DNA of 64,000 nt from a virus. Shown here piece after piece: positions 19,085-28,567 of this stretch. The notes below the pieces were generated by a model. It searched no databases, was not told the origin of the DNA, and saw only the letters and a list, made by a program, of their open reading frames with translations. The DNA is taken from IMG/VR virus record IMGVR_UViG_3300049324_000002, positions 32,001 to 96,000 of that record; one strand, 5' to 3'. The translations under genes and the position numbers were made by a program. Each line of letters starts with the position of its first letter. Positions within the stretch are counted from its first letter, which is position 1.

Positions 19085-21940
19085 TCACAGATGTGCAGAA
19101 TTGAACTTACCTAGATAATTATTAATCCAATCCTTGAACGTCAAACGGCCATGCAACTCAAACCATTCTTTCAGCTCAGGAGATGCGTACTTCAATACGC
19201 GAGACTCAGGACCCGAGAACAAAGAAAGAGGAGACAACGCCTTAGCCTCCCCATCCTTCGTCAACATATGTCCATGCATATCAAGCTCAGCCTGCAAATA
19301 CAACTGATAGATGTAATCCTTGTAAGCTTTACGTCCAAGCTCAGTAAGATTAACCCCAGTATAACCATTAGCACGTAAAGCAGCAATCGCAGACCTACGA
19401 CGCTGAGCATCCGGCGTCACACCATAAACCTGCTCAACCGCCGACTCCTCATGACCCCCCGCAGCCAACAACTTCTCAAACTGAGCAGCACGCTTCTCAT
19501 CATCCGCCCATTTACGTTTCGACGTAACATCACGACGATCAGCCTCAGCAGACAACGTATCAAAAGCATCCATATTCCCAGAAACAAGAGCATGTTGCAT
19601 AAAAGTATCAAGATGCTGATCATTCAGTGCGCGAACACCAGAAAGTGCCTTATCAAGTGAAATACCATCAACCGATGAAAAATGAGGATCAGTCAACTGC
19701 TTTGCTCGCGCCACCGAAACAGGCGTCAACCGCTCAGCACCATTCACATCCAACGAACGATCCCACACAGAACCATTCGAGTGAATCATATAATTCTGAT
19801 CAGTAGACCCAGGGACAAGATCATTCATCTTCATACTCACAGTCGACTTATTACCGGACACCTGAACGTAATACCGGTGCCTAGTCGACGCTACCTTCTG
19901 CAACCCCGCAGCTAACGCAGAGCCACGATCACCCGGTGCAGGACTAACCTTAAACGCAGACTTCGCAGACGTCAGAAGCCCACTCCAAGCAGTCAACTCC
20001 TGCCTAGGCAACGCTGCAGGCGCAACAGCACCCACCGGCAACGCAGCCGAACGCGGTGGCGTAGGAGCATCAGGAATCGACACCGCATCACCACGAACCG
20101 CCTGCTCGCGACTAGCAGTCTCAGCCTCAAGCGCCTTCACAGAATCCCGAGCACTCTTAAACTCAGGGGAACTAGTAGCAGTACCATTAGTACGAACCTG
20201 TGCAAAAGCACTATGAGCAGAACCTAACGCACTAGCCAACTGCTCATCAGTCATCGATGGTATATCAGAACTGTTAGTAGGAGAAACCCCACCACCATCA
20301 GGAACACCACTCGAAGCTGGCCCAGCACCCCCAGATGAAGAATTGTTGGAATCATGCTGATCCAAATGATGCTGCAAAGCATCAACAACACCCTGCTTCA
20401 ACTTAGAGTAATGTAAACTCTTACCAGCATGTGTTTCCGCAACACTCTTCAAATCCTCGCCTGCAAGAGGGTTACCTGCATTCTTCAATGGAGCCTTAAC
20501 AGAAGTAGAATTCTCCCCATTCAACAACTTAATAGCTTGAGCAACATGATCGCGCGCAAAAGTCTTCTGACCTACCAACAACTCGCTCTTAGGTTGAGAT
20601 ATAGGATCACCACTGCGCTTACCAATAGTAGGATCCTGAGGATCGCTCTTAAGAGAAGTGACCTGTCCCAAACCATGCCAATAATCAAGATACTTACCTA
20701 CACCACTAGAATCGACATTCTCAGAATTATCTAAATGTGTTGCAACACCCGAACCATCTGGGTGCACATCCAACCCAGCATGAGAGCCATCCGGCAAACT
20801 AATATGATAAGAACCCGGCGTCCAACCATGACCAGACGTAGCCTTACCTGAACCACCTCCACCCTTAATAACAGACTTACCATGTAACTTAGGTGTCGAA
20901 AGAGTATGAATAGCGCCTACTGAAACAGTAGGAACACCACCCCCTCCACCACCCGTGTTACGATTATTATGATGTGGAACTTTACGCCCAGTATCAATAT
21001 TGAAATAGTAACCCTTGACGAAGTTGAGATGCCCCTTCTGCAACCGAGTATAAGGCTTAACCCACACTACAGTAGCCTCAACAAACTCAAACCCAGCATC
21101 CGAACCCATCAAAGACAAAACCTGATCCGCATACTGAATCATTGAAAGAGGAGTAGGACCTAAATTATTCTTACCCATCTTCGCCGGAAGATATAATAAA
21201 ATTGAACATCTACAATTAGGATGCCTAGGGGGGCGAGCAATCACACCCTGATACGAGGCAGGCTCACCCGGCCGCTCAGGGAACGAATCATCCAACGGAA
21301 CATGCACACCATGCAACCGCACACACAAAGGACACGGCACCGTCTCCAAATCAAAACGAGCCGTCCACAACTTATGGACCTCACCAGTCCAACCCTCAGT
21401 AGCGTGCTTTAACTCATTCTCAGTAGCGCGATTACGGCCAGCTTCAATAGCCGTCCCTGCAGCCAACTTCGCACGGCCCGCCAGCGCCATCACCAACTCA
21501 GCAGGCTCCACACCACCAGACTGAGCTAACGTCTTCTGCCCATCCACAAAATCCTTCACAACCTGACTCATAAAATCATCGTCAAGTGAAAAGATAGTGT
21601 CACTCTTTGCAGACCTGCCAAACACCCCTAACTGCTGATCAGCAAACCTCCGACCCTCCGCAGCACCACCAGCAAATGCCCGCTGCAAAACAGCAGTCAC
21701 CGCAATCAACAATGCAGTAGTCAAAAGAGGATGAGTCTCATCCTCCGCCGAAGACGACTGCTCAGCCGGACTAGTGCGAGCCGTATAAGCAGACAAATGC
21801 TGAGCATAAACACGATCAATCTCAGTGTCAGCCTGATTCTCAATTGCAGCCGTACGCGCGCGTGAAACATCATTCAAATTCAAAAGCTGCATCAAAGGGT
21901 CCTGACTCGACACCGGACCCGCCACGGCAGGGGCAGTCAC
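19085..21940 (-). CDS. MuF / SPP1 gp7-like minor head protein with long C-terminal extension
   Basis: 'KLWTAR..PCPLCVRLHG...PPRHPNCRC'; follows the portal; GTG at 21940 overlaps the portal stop. Confidence 0.85.
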   Translation of the reverse strand: MTAPAVAGPVSSQDPLMQLLNLNDVSRARTAAIENQADTEIDRVYAQHLSAYTARTSPAEQSSSAEDETHPLLTTALLIAVTAVLQRAFAGGAAEGRRFADQQLGVFGRSAKSDTIFSLDDDFMSQVVKDFVDGQKTLAQSGGVEPAELVMALAGRAKLAAGTAIEAGRNRATENELKHATEGWTGEVHKLWTARFDLETVPCPLCVRLHGVHVPLDDSFPERPGEPASYQGVIARPPRHPNCRCSILLYLPAKMGKNNLGPTPLSMIQYADQVLSLMGSDAGFEFVEATVVWVKPYTRLQKGHLNFVKGYYFNIDTGRKVPHHNNRNTGGGGGGVPTVSVGAIHTLSTPKLHGKSVIKGGGGSGKATSGHGWTPGSYHISLPDGSHAGLDVHPDGSGVATHLDNSENVDSSGVGKYLDYWHGLGQVTSLKSDPQDPTIGKRSGDPISQPKSELLVGQKTFARDHVAQAIKLLNGENSTSVKAPLKNAGNPLAGEDLKSVAETHAGKSLHYSKLKQGVVDALQHHLDQHDSNNSSSGGAGPASSGVPDGGGVSPTNSSDIPSMTDEQLASALGSAHSAFAQVRTNGTATSSPEFKSARDSVKALEAETASREQAVRGDAVSIPDAPTPPRSAALPVGAVAPAALPRQELTAWSGLLTSAKSAFKVSPAPGDRGSALAAGLQKVASTRHRYYVQVSGNKSTVSMKMNDLVPGSTDQNYMIHSNGSVWDRSLDVNGAERLTPVSVARAKQLTDPHFSSVDGISLDKALSGVRALNDQHLDTFMQHALVSGNMDAFDTLSAEADRRDVTSKRKWADDEKRAAQFEKLLAAGGHEESAVEQVYGVTPDAQRRRSAIAALRANGYTGVNLTELGRKAYKDYIYQLYLQAELDMHGHMLTKDGEAKALSPLSLFSGPESRVLKYASPELKEWFELHGRLTFKDWINNYLGKFNSAHL

Positions 21941-23586
21941 GACACCGACCCCACCAAATCCTCCGCCGTCTTCCACTCCGCCCACGACAACGACATCACA
22001 GCATCATCGTGCAACCACGTAGAAGCCGAAGGAATACCCTCCACGCTAAGCTGAGACGGCAACGCCGGATACTTCCCCTTCGTAGGAGCCGGTGAACCAC
22101 CAGACGCAGTAGAGGACGCAGCAGAAGACGCACCCGGGCCGCCAGCGGGAGCTACAGGCTGAGGCCCCGGCAACCACTGCTGTGCAGCCGGTACACCCTG
22201 CTGCTGATCCGCAGGATTCGCACCCACCGGCTGAAACGGACGCTGCATAGGAGGAGGAGCCTGATCCTGCATAAAATGATCCAACGACAAAGCGTCCTGC
22301 TTATCCAAAGCCTTAGACACCTTCTCGTAATCTATATCCATTCCCATCTCGCCAGCCATATACCGCTCAAGCTCCAACAAAAACCGACGAGTCACATTCG
22401 CAGAAGGCCCAGCACCTGCCAACTTATCGAACGTAGTTATAATCGCCTTCTTCTGATCCTCGTTGAACGCGCCAAACTTAACAGACGGATAATTATGGCT
22501 ACCAAAATTCCAATCAATGAACCTAGGAATCAGCCACTCATTAATCAACGTCTCGAGATCCGAGATCAAAACATTGATCAATATCTGGTGCATTTCCTCA
22601 GTATCAGTACTAAAGTCGACAGTAGGTCTACGACCACCCTGCTGCTCATCCATATGCGGAGCCAACACAGACTTAGACATCTGCGAATTGTGGTGATTAA
22701 TAAAATCCATAAAAGGGAAATCACCGAGGCTCTTACCTAAATCCTCGACCGAGTAACCCTTGTCAGGGACCGACATTGCCTGGGCGAGACCAAAATCTGC
22801 AAGTCCCTTCTTAAAGGCTGCAATCTCGTTAGGAGATGCCCCGGGGGGATACTTCCCAAGTCGCGACCCAACCGCACGATGCTGAGCAGCAAGATGCGCC
22901 AAGTAATACATCTTGATCTTCTTATCGTAATGATAAAAGGCAGCATTGAAATAAGAAACACCATAGAACGGGTTCTCTTCATCCCCACAAGCATAATAAA
23001 GAGAATTATCCTTTTCTATCTTAATGTCCAAGTACCTGCCACCAGGAGCAGCAGTACGCTGACGCAACCCGTTATACTCGCCCTTCTCACCAATCAAGAA
23101 CTGAATGGTCTCACTAGGACGATAAGCAATCTTAGACAACGCGTACTTACCCTGCAAAGGGCCACGACGCGGAACCGTATACACCAACTCAAACGGAGCA
23201 AAACCATCCACCACAGCTAACAACATCTGCGAAATTACACGAGCAAAGGAAGTCTGCATCCCACCCGACACTGCAGGAGTAGACAACAAATCCTCCGCGA
23301 ACTTCGCCTCCTTATCCCCACCCGGGGCCGGGATCCACGTCAACCGCCGCGCAGCCGCCCGCACCGGCATCGTCAACAAACGAAACAAACCACGAGCCTG
23401 ACCATCATTACGACGCATCTCAACCAACTGCTGAACAGTAGGCTCCTGATTGCGAATCAAAACATAATCGCCGCTAGCAAAAACCTCAGAAAAAGGCATC
23501 CCACGAATCTGGACGCCCATCTCCGTATCGATTTCTTTGGTCGTAGGCTTAGCCATCTGACCAGGCTGCAACTTAGTAACCGACAC
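21937..23586 (-). CDS. Portal protein (Mu gp29 / DUF935-like)
   Basis: 'ENPFYGVS', 'FINHHNSQMSKSVL', 'LIPRFIDWNFG..YP'; follows the terminase. Confidence 0.88.
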   Translation of the reverse strand: MSVTKLQPGQMAKPTTKEIDTEMGVQIRGMPFSEVFASGDYVLIRNQEPTVQQLVEMRRNDGQARGLFRLLTMPVRAAARRLTWIPAPGGDKEAKFAEDLLSTPAVSGGMQTSFARVISQMLLAVVDGFAPFELVYTVPRRGPLQGKYALSKIAYRPSETIQFLIGEKGEYNGLRQRTAAPGGRYLDIKIEKDNSLYYACGDEENPFYGVSYFNAAFYHYDKKIKMYYLAHLAAQHRAVGSRLGKYPPGASPNEIAAFKKGLADFGLAQAMSVPDKGYSVEDLGKSLGDFPFMDFINHHNSQMSKSVLAPHMDEQQGGRRPTVDFSTDTEEMHQILINVLISDLETLINEWLIPRFIDWNFGSHNYPSVKFGAFNEDQKKAIITTFDKLAGAGPSANVTRRFLLELERYMAGEMGMDIDYEKVSKALDKQDALSLDHFMQDQAPPPMQRPFQPVGANPADQQQGVPAAQQWLPGPQPVAPAGGPGASSAASSTASGGSPAPTKGKYPALPSQLSVEGIPSASTWLHDDAVMSLSWAEWKTAEDLVGSVS

Positions 23587-23618
23587 GCACTAACCTCCGC
23601 ACTAGAACCGCACGTAGA

Positions 23619-25478
23619 TCAGTGCGGCAAAAACGTACCCCACCCAGCCTCATAAGCACCCAACGGCGCCATCAAAGGCCCCGACGTCCAAAACTCGTCC
23701 TCAAGAGAGTCTTCGTTCGTCGCCTCCGAACCACCCAACTCAACCGCGCCATTCACAGCACCACACACAGCATCAGCCAAATCCTTAGAACCATCAGCAG
23801 GATGATCAATCTTCAAAGTACGAGGATCCTGCTGCAACCCAAGAATCTCCTGACGCAACAACAAAGAAGAAGGCATGCGAGCACGTCCCTCTTCCACCAT
23901 AGTGCGAAACAACTTATAAGGATCTTCCTTACGATCAATAGAAACCAAAGGAGCCTGAATACCAGCAACCATCAGCTCCTGGCGAGTACTCAAAGACTGC
24001 CAACCATCCAAACTAACCTGACCAATAGTAAAACCACGCTGCACCAAATCAAACACAAGCTCACGAATAGCACGAAGCTGAATCTCCCGAGGAGGATTCA
24101 ACGACAAATCCGCCTCCAAAGCCAATGCACAATCCACATGCACCACCGGCAAATATTCAAACGTAACCTCTTCGCCAGTGTTCAAATCACGCTTAGCGTA
24201 CGTATCCCACGAAACCACATGAGCCATAGCGAACCCGGCCCTATCCTGCGACGTAGCCAAATCACCATGACACGCATACACAGCACCCTCTTTAGGCACC
24301 AACGAACGCGGAATAGAAAACTGAGCATGCCACGCACCCCGGTGATACTCCCAACTCACACGAATCTCAGGAGCATCAACCAAAGCCGCATCCACCGCAG
24401 CCTCAGAACGAAAATAAGGAGGCAACCTCGTACGAGCCGGACGACACAGATAGGCAGCACAAGCCCAGTCACGATCCGCCTCGAAGTCATCCACCAACTC
24501 CTCAGGAACCGGAACAGGTGACTCAGGAATCTTCACAAAAATACCACGCGCCAGTAAAGGATTAAAATCCCAACTAGGCATAGGTCCTACAACATAATGC
24601 TTAGACTCAATGCCCTTCTTACGAATATTCTCCTTAGCTTTCGCGTGCATCTTAGAGATAGGTGAACCAAAATAACGAGGATACGAAATCCTGATATTCT
24701 TAAACGTCCTAGGGAAACGAGTAACAGAAGACGTGCTCAACATACGAACAATACCCTCAGCAGAACGCACAGGCATTCTCTGAGTAGGACCAATATGCTT
24801 CGCAACTTCCTCAGCAGTACGGAAAGCATCAACCTCATCAGCAACACCAAGAATAAGGTTAAGACCCTCCTGCGTCTCCGCATCCGAAGATCCTGAAATA
24901 GACGTAATACCTTTCTCCCACTCAATCACAGCGCGCAAAGGATTACAACGATCCTTAAACCAACCACGAGACACAATACGAGTCATAGGCTCGAAGTAAG
25001 CAAGACGCGCCTGATCGCGAGTAGAAGCGACATTCAACATATGAATAGATTCATCCAAAGGCATACCAAAATAAGCCTTCGGTGACCTCAAACAAAGCAA
25101 CAAGTAAGCAACACGCAATGACGCAAGACGCGCTAGTAGATCCTTACCTCCACCCTTACCAACCATCATAGTAAGGTAATTCACCATAGGAATAGGAGTC
25201 CAGTAAGGCCACGCCGCAGCCATAGCAGGATAAATCTCAGGATAAAAAATACGTTCAGAAACCTGCAAAGCAGAATACTGCGGTGCAGATAACGGAGACA
25301 TACCAATAAAACGTTTATCCTGAACAAAAACGTCTAGCGGTACAGGCTCCTCGGCGAAAGTATCAGAAAGAATGGAGTCAGCCCCAGGAGCGGCATCCTC
25401 CACATCACCCTGAACACGCAACCAATCGGCAGGACTAAGATCACTCCCTGCCGGTACAATAGGAGAACGCGGTATCAC
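23619..25478 (-). CDS. terL: Terminase large subunit
   Basis: Walker A 'GKGGGKD', Walker B 'GVADEVD', nuclease motifs 'HGDLA..D' and 'KIDHPADGSKDLADAV'. Confidence 0.93.
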   Translation of the reverse strand: MIPRSPIVPAGSDLSPADWLRVQGDVEDAAPGADSILSDTFAEEPVPLDVFVQDKRFIGMSPLSAPQYSALQVSERIFYPEIYPAMAAAWPYWTPIPMVNYLTMMVGKGGGKDLLARLASLRVAYLLLCLRSPKAYFGMPLDESIHMLNVASTRDQARLAYFEPMTRIVSRGWFKDRCNPLRAVIEWEKGITSISGSSDAETQEGLNLILGVADEVDAFRTAEEVAKHIGPTQRMPVRSAEGIVRMLSTSSVTRFPRTFKNIRISYPRYFGSPISKMHAKAKENIRKKGIESKHYVVGPMPSWDFNPLLARGIFVKIPESPVPVPEELVDDFEADRDWACAAYLCRPARTRLPPYFRSEAAVDAALVDAPEIRVSWEYHRGAWHAQFSIPRSLVPKEGAVYACHGDLATSQDRAGFAMAHVVSWDTYAKRDLNTGEEVTFEYLPVVHVDCALALEADLSLNPPREIQLRAIRELVFDLVQRGFTIGQVSLDGWQSLSTRQELMVAGIQAPLVSIDRKEDPYKLFRTMVEEGRARMPSSLLLRQEILGLQQDPRTLKIDHPADGSKDLADAVCGAVNGAVELGGSEATNEDSLEDEFWTSGPLMAPLGAYEAGWGTFLPH

Positions 25479-25735
25479 TTGCCAAACTTGCTCAACAACG
25501 CAGAAGCAGACGCAGCCTTCGCCTTATAACCATCAGCACTACAAGCGAACTGACCGCCGATCTTCTTAATCGTACCCACACGCTTATTCATTGAATTCAC
25601 CACAGAAAACACACCCGGCCCGCCAGCGGGATCCGACCGCACCTTCAACCCAGACGGAGAATCCGAAGACGACGCATTAGAAGCAGTCTGCTTCCCTGCA
25701 CCACCCTGCTTCAACCACGGAGGAGCACTCATCAC
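25475..25735 (-). CDS. Small basic hypothetical protein
   Basis: ORF whose stop overlaps the terL start. Confidence 0.55.
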   Translation of the reverse strand: MMSAPPWLKQGGAGKQTASNASSSDSPSGLKVRSDPAGGPGVFSVVNSMNKRVGTIKKIGGQFACSADGYKAKAASASALLSKFGK

Positions 25736-25842
25736 TAAACCTTCTCACCCTGCGACGGAGGTGGACTATTACGATTCTTAAACCACCTAATAACTGCAGC
25801 AATCAACTTCAACTCGAGAAACTTCTTCAGCACAGTAACCCC

Positions 25843-26028
25843 CTACGCAACTGCTGGGTGCAACACTAAAGACAACACAACATACAAAATTATTCCAAGC
25901 ACCAGTAAAACAATGCCAGGACGGTACCCGCCAGGAACAAGATCTCCTGCACCCGGAATGACTCCCAGAATAATAAGAATCAAACCAATCACAGCCATGA
26001 TGACGCAGAGAGTAAGCAGAAGTCCCAT
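25843..26028 (-). CDS. Holin-like two-TM membrane protein
   Basis: Two hydrophobic helices in 61 aa; close to the endolysin. Confidence 0.6.
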   Translation of the reverse strand: MGLLLTLCVIMAVIGLILIILGVIPGAGDLVPGGYRPGIVLLVLGIILYVVLSLVLHPAVA

Positions 26029-26237
26029 TACACGTTCCTCGCGATAGAAGCGTTAGCCCAAAACATGACCTCTTCTATCTTCGTCAAGGCAAGAGCCTTC
26101 TCACGCCCGTCAGGTAGCTGCTGGTCAAATTCCTTAGCCAACGCTAAACAATTATTGCGAACAGACTGATGCTGCTCCACCTTCTTCTCATCAGGAGCAT
26201 GATAAGAAAAACGATTATCCAAATCAGAAGTAGCCAC
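26028..26237 (-). CDS. Acb2/Tad1-like helical hairpin protein (possible nucleotide-signal sponge)
   Basis: 'RFSYHAP...LPDGREKALALTKIEEVMFWANASIAR' matches the Acb2/Tad1 hairpin pattern as I know it. Confidence 0.7.
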   Translation of the reverse strand: MATSDLDNRFSYHAPDEKKVEQHQSVRNNCLALAKEFDQQLPDGREKALALTKIEEVMFWANASIARNV

Positions 26238-26245
26238 TACACTCC

Positions 26246-27172
26246 CTACTTAGGCTTCATCTCTCGGGTCACAACACCGCCAGCAGACTTAGTCACATCC
26301 CACGAAACAATAGCCTTAGTAGCACCATCAGGCAGCGGAGGATGAACCACTCGCTTATAATTATTATCAGGAGTCTGCTTCAAATCAACATCAGTCCACT
26401 TCCAGTCAACTAAGCCCCCCTTATCACCTTGAATGTAAACCTGAATCCAACAAGGTCCAATAACATCCAAGAGCGTAGCGGAAAGCCAAGCCTGACCAAA
26501 AATGCTAGAAGCAGACCCAGACGTAACAGAGATAACCCGACGCCCAGTACCTGAAATATCGAAATCTGTAAGCATCGGTTCTCCCACAATAGGTGAACTA
26601 GTTAATGCTGCCCAAATCTCAAACCGAAACAAATTCATATTAAAACTGCGGGTCGACCCATCCCCAATACCCGGATCCCACTTACCCTCAATCGAAGTCT
26701 CGAAATGACCTCGAACCCAATCAGGAGTGGTATGACCAAGAATCCCACAAATCACGCCACCAAGAATACGAGCCGACCTATACTGCTGAGGAGTCCAAGG
26801 CTGCAACCCCGGGTACATAACCTCATTGCCCCACACAAGCGGGTTAAACAACCTCGTCACAGGCAACGGACCCATACTCGGGCCGCCACTAGCACCAGCA
26901 TGATTAGCAGGCTGTGCAGCAATAATGTGGATCGTGCCGTCAGGATAGGTGCAACAATTGCACAGCGGCGGATCCAAATCTGAACGGCCATTCACCAAAA
27001 TAGAAAGACCGCCACCGTAACTATCGCCAGTATGGTGGGTAATCAAACCCTGCGGTCGGCCATTAGGAAACACATAACCATTACCACGAGTCTCCCAACC
27101 CGGCTCGAATGTGACAGGCACCTTATTATAACGGAGCCCATCAGCAACAGCATTCGCGAATCCTACACTCAT
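26246..27172 (-). CDS. Endolysin, N-acetylmuramoyl-L-alanine amidase (Amidase_2)
   Basis: 'ITHHTG', 'ANHAG', 'GNE', 'RGHFE..KWDPG' Zn-amidase motifs. Confidence 0.9.
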   Translation of the reverse strand: MSVGFANAVADGLRYNKVPVTFEPGWETRGNGYVFPNGRPQGLITHHTGDSYGGGLSILVNGRSDLDPPLCNCCTYPDGTIHIIAAQPANHAGASGGPSMGPLPVTRLFNPLVWGNEVMYPGLQPWTPQQYRSARILGGVICGILGHTTPDWVRGHFETSIEGKWDPGIGDGSTRSFNMNLFRFEIWAALTSSPIVGEPMLTDFDISGTGRRVISVTSGSASSIFGQAWLSATLLDVIGPCWIQVYIQGDKGGLVDWKWTDVDLKQTPDNNYKRVVHPPLPDGATKAIVSWDVTKSAGGVVTREMKPK

Positions 27173-27513
27173 CTAGGATTCTCATCTCTCCAGGCAAGGA
27201 AAGCTGGCTTATCGGCGAACCGATCATTGCCAGCTTCCTCATAAGGAAGGAACGTGATAAAAGGATAATCTAAACTAGGGTCAAAATCAGGCTCAAGGTA
27301 AGGCGCGCACGGCGCGACATCCAACGCACCAATAACCGACACAACCTCAGGATCCCCATCAACATGGTCAACAACACGCATGTTAACGAGATGCTTAGAT
27401 CGCGAAGGGTCATCGTAAGGATCAGCAGCGCCCAACAAATGCTCAACAACATGAGCAACCGTCAAACGCAAAAGGTCCTGATCCCCGCGAGGGATGTCGC
27501 GCCGATAGCGCAT
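27169..27513 (-). CDS. Hypothetical protein
   Basis: Stop overlaps the endolysin start. Confidence 0.6.
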   Translation of the reverse strand: MRYRRDIPRGDQDLLRLTVAHVVEHLLGAADPYDDPSRSKHLVNMRVVDHVDGDPEVVSVIGALDVAPCAPYLEPDFDPSLDYPFITFLPYEEAGNDRFADKPAFLAWRDENPR

Positions 27514-27517
27514 CTAA

Positions 27518-27913
27518 CTAGCGACCGCGTCGACCGGAAGGAGCACCATCAACAGAAGTGCTACCACCGCCATCAGTGGTACCAGTGCCATCATCGATCG
27601 GAGGCACATCCGGGGCCGGGGGAACCGGCTGGTTCGGGTCAGTACCAATAGTACGCAGGTGCTCCACGAAAGGCACAAGCTGGTCAGCCGCAGCCTGCGC
27701 AGCGGCAGCCTGAGAACCCGTAAGCTGGCCAACCTGATCAATCAGGTTCTGCACTCGGTCCGCGACCTGATTGGTCACATCATTAAGCTGACCAAGCTCG
27801 TCATCAAAAACACTCATGTGCCGCTCCAATCTCTCTACTTTGTGCTTCAGCAACTTCAACTCGTCGCTGCTTGAATCATTCCCGATATGGATATGTAGCG
27901 TCAGGATACTCAT
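27518..27913 (-). CDS. Coiled-coil hypothetical protein with Pro/Gly-rich tail
   Basis: Likely start ATG 27913 with AGAAGGA RBS; the longer ORF-track start overlaps the upstream gene. Confidence 0.6.
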   Translation of the reverse strand: MSILTLHIHIGNDSSSDELKLLKHKVERLERHMSVFDDELGQLNDVTNQVADRVQNLIDQVGQLTGSQAAAAQAAADQLVPFVEHLRTIGTDPNQPVPPAPDVPPIDDGTGTTDGGGSTSVDGAPSGRRGR

Positions 27914-27968
27914 CTCAGTATCCTTCTGTTTCGTTAAGCCGGACGGGGGGTCACTAGAAACTTCGGAC

Positions 27969-28487
27969 TTATCCTCCGTCAGGCCCTGCCTCGAGGGCAG
28001 CGGCGAATTTAGCGTAAAGAGGACGCGACTGATCCGTTGGCAAAGTCCGTAAAACATGGGCAACAACCTTTGCCGTATGAGTCGCGACAATTCCATGCAA
28101 AGCCTCCGGACTAATCTTATTGCCGTAAGCAACAGAGCAGAAATCAGAAGACAAATCACGCCACAACTTATAAGTCGAACTCCTGTCACGATCATTCAAC
28201 CAGGAATTCTGCATATCACGCCAACGAATAAAGATGTAGTAATACGCAATACGCTCTAACTGCATAGCCTGCAAAGTACCAGTAGGAAGATGCGCAGCAT
28301 CCCTACGCAACCCCTTAATCAACTTAGAATGCAAATCACGCAAAGCCATGTCAGTAACAGCAGAAGGAAGCTCCCACATATTCTCCGGAAGCTCAGTAAA
28401 AGCCTCAACCGGCTCCTCTACGTGATACTCAGAAGGAGCGACAGGCACCACACTCAAGGCCCGATCCGCAGACACCCAAACCTCCAA
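27969..28487 (-). CDS. Hypothetical helical protein, first gene of the late region (possible small terminase)
   Basis: Position only, after a terminator and the shared motif. Confidence 0.45.
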   Translation of the reverse strand: MEVWVSADRALSVVPVAPSEYHVEEPVEAFTELPENMWELPSAVTDMALRDLHSKLIKGLRRDAAHLPTGTLQAMQLERIAYYYIFIRWRDMQNSWLNDRDRSSTYKLWRDLSSDFCSVAYGNKISPEALHGIVATHTAKVVAHVLRTLPTDQSRPLYAKFAAALEAGPDGG

Positions 28488-28516
28488 AACGTCACGTACA
28501 CCTGGAGTCTTCGGAC

Positions 28517-28549
28517 AACAAAAAGACCACCCCAGTTTATGAAGTGGTC
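28517..28549 (-). terminator. Intrinsic terminator after dnaX
   Basis: GACCACTTCA-TAAAC-TGGGGTGGTC stem (G-U pairs work only on the minus strand) followed by TTTTTGTT. Confidence 0.8.
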
Positions 28550-28567
28550 ATTCTGTAAACTATGAAA

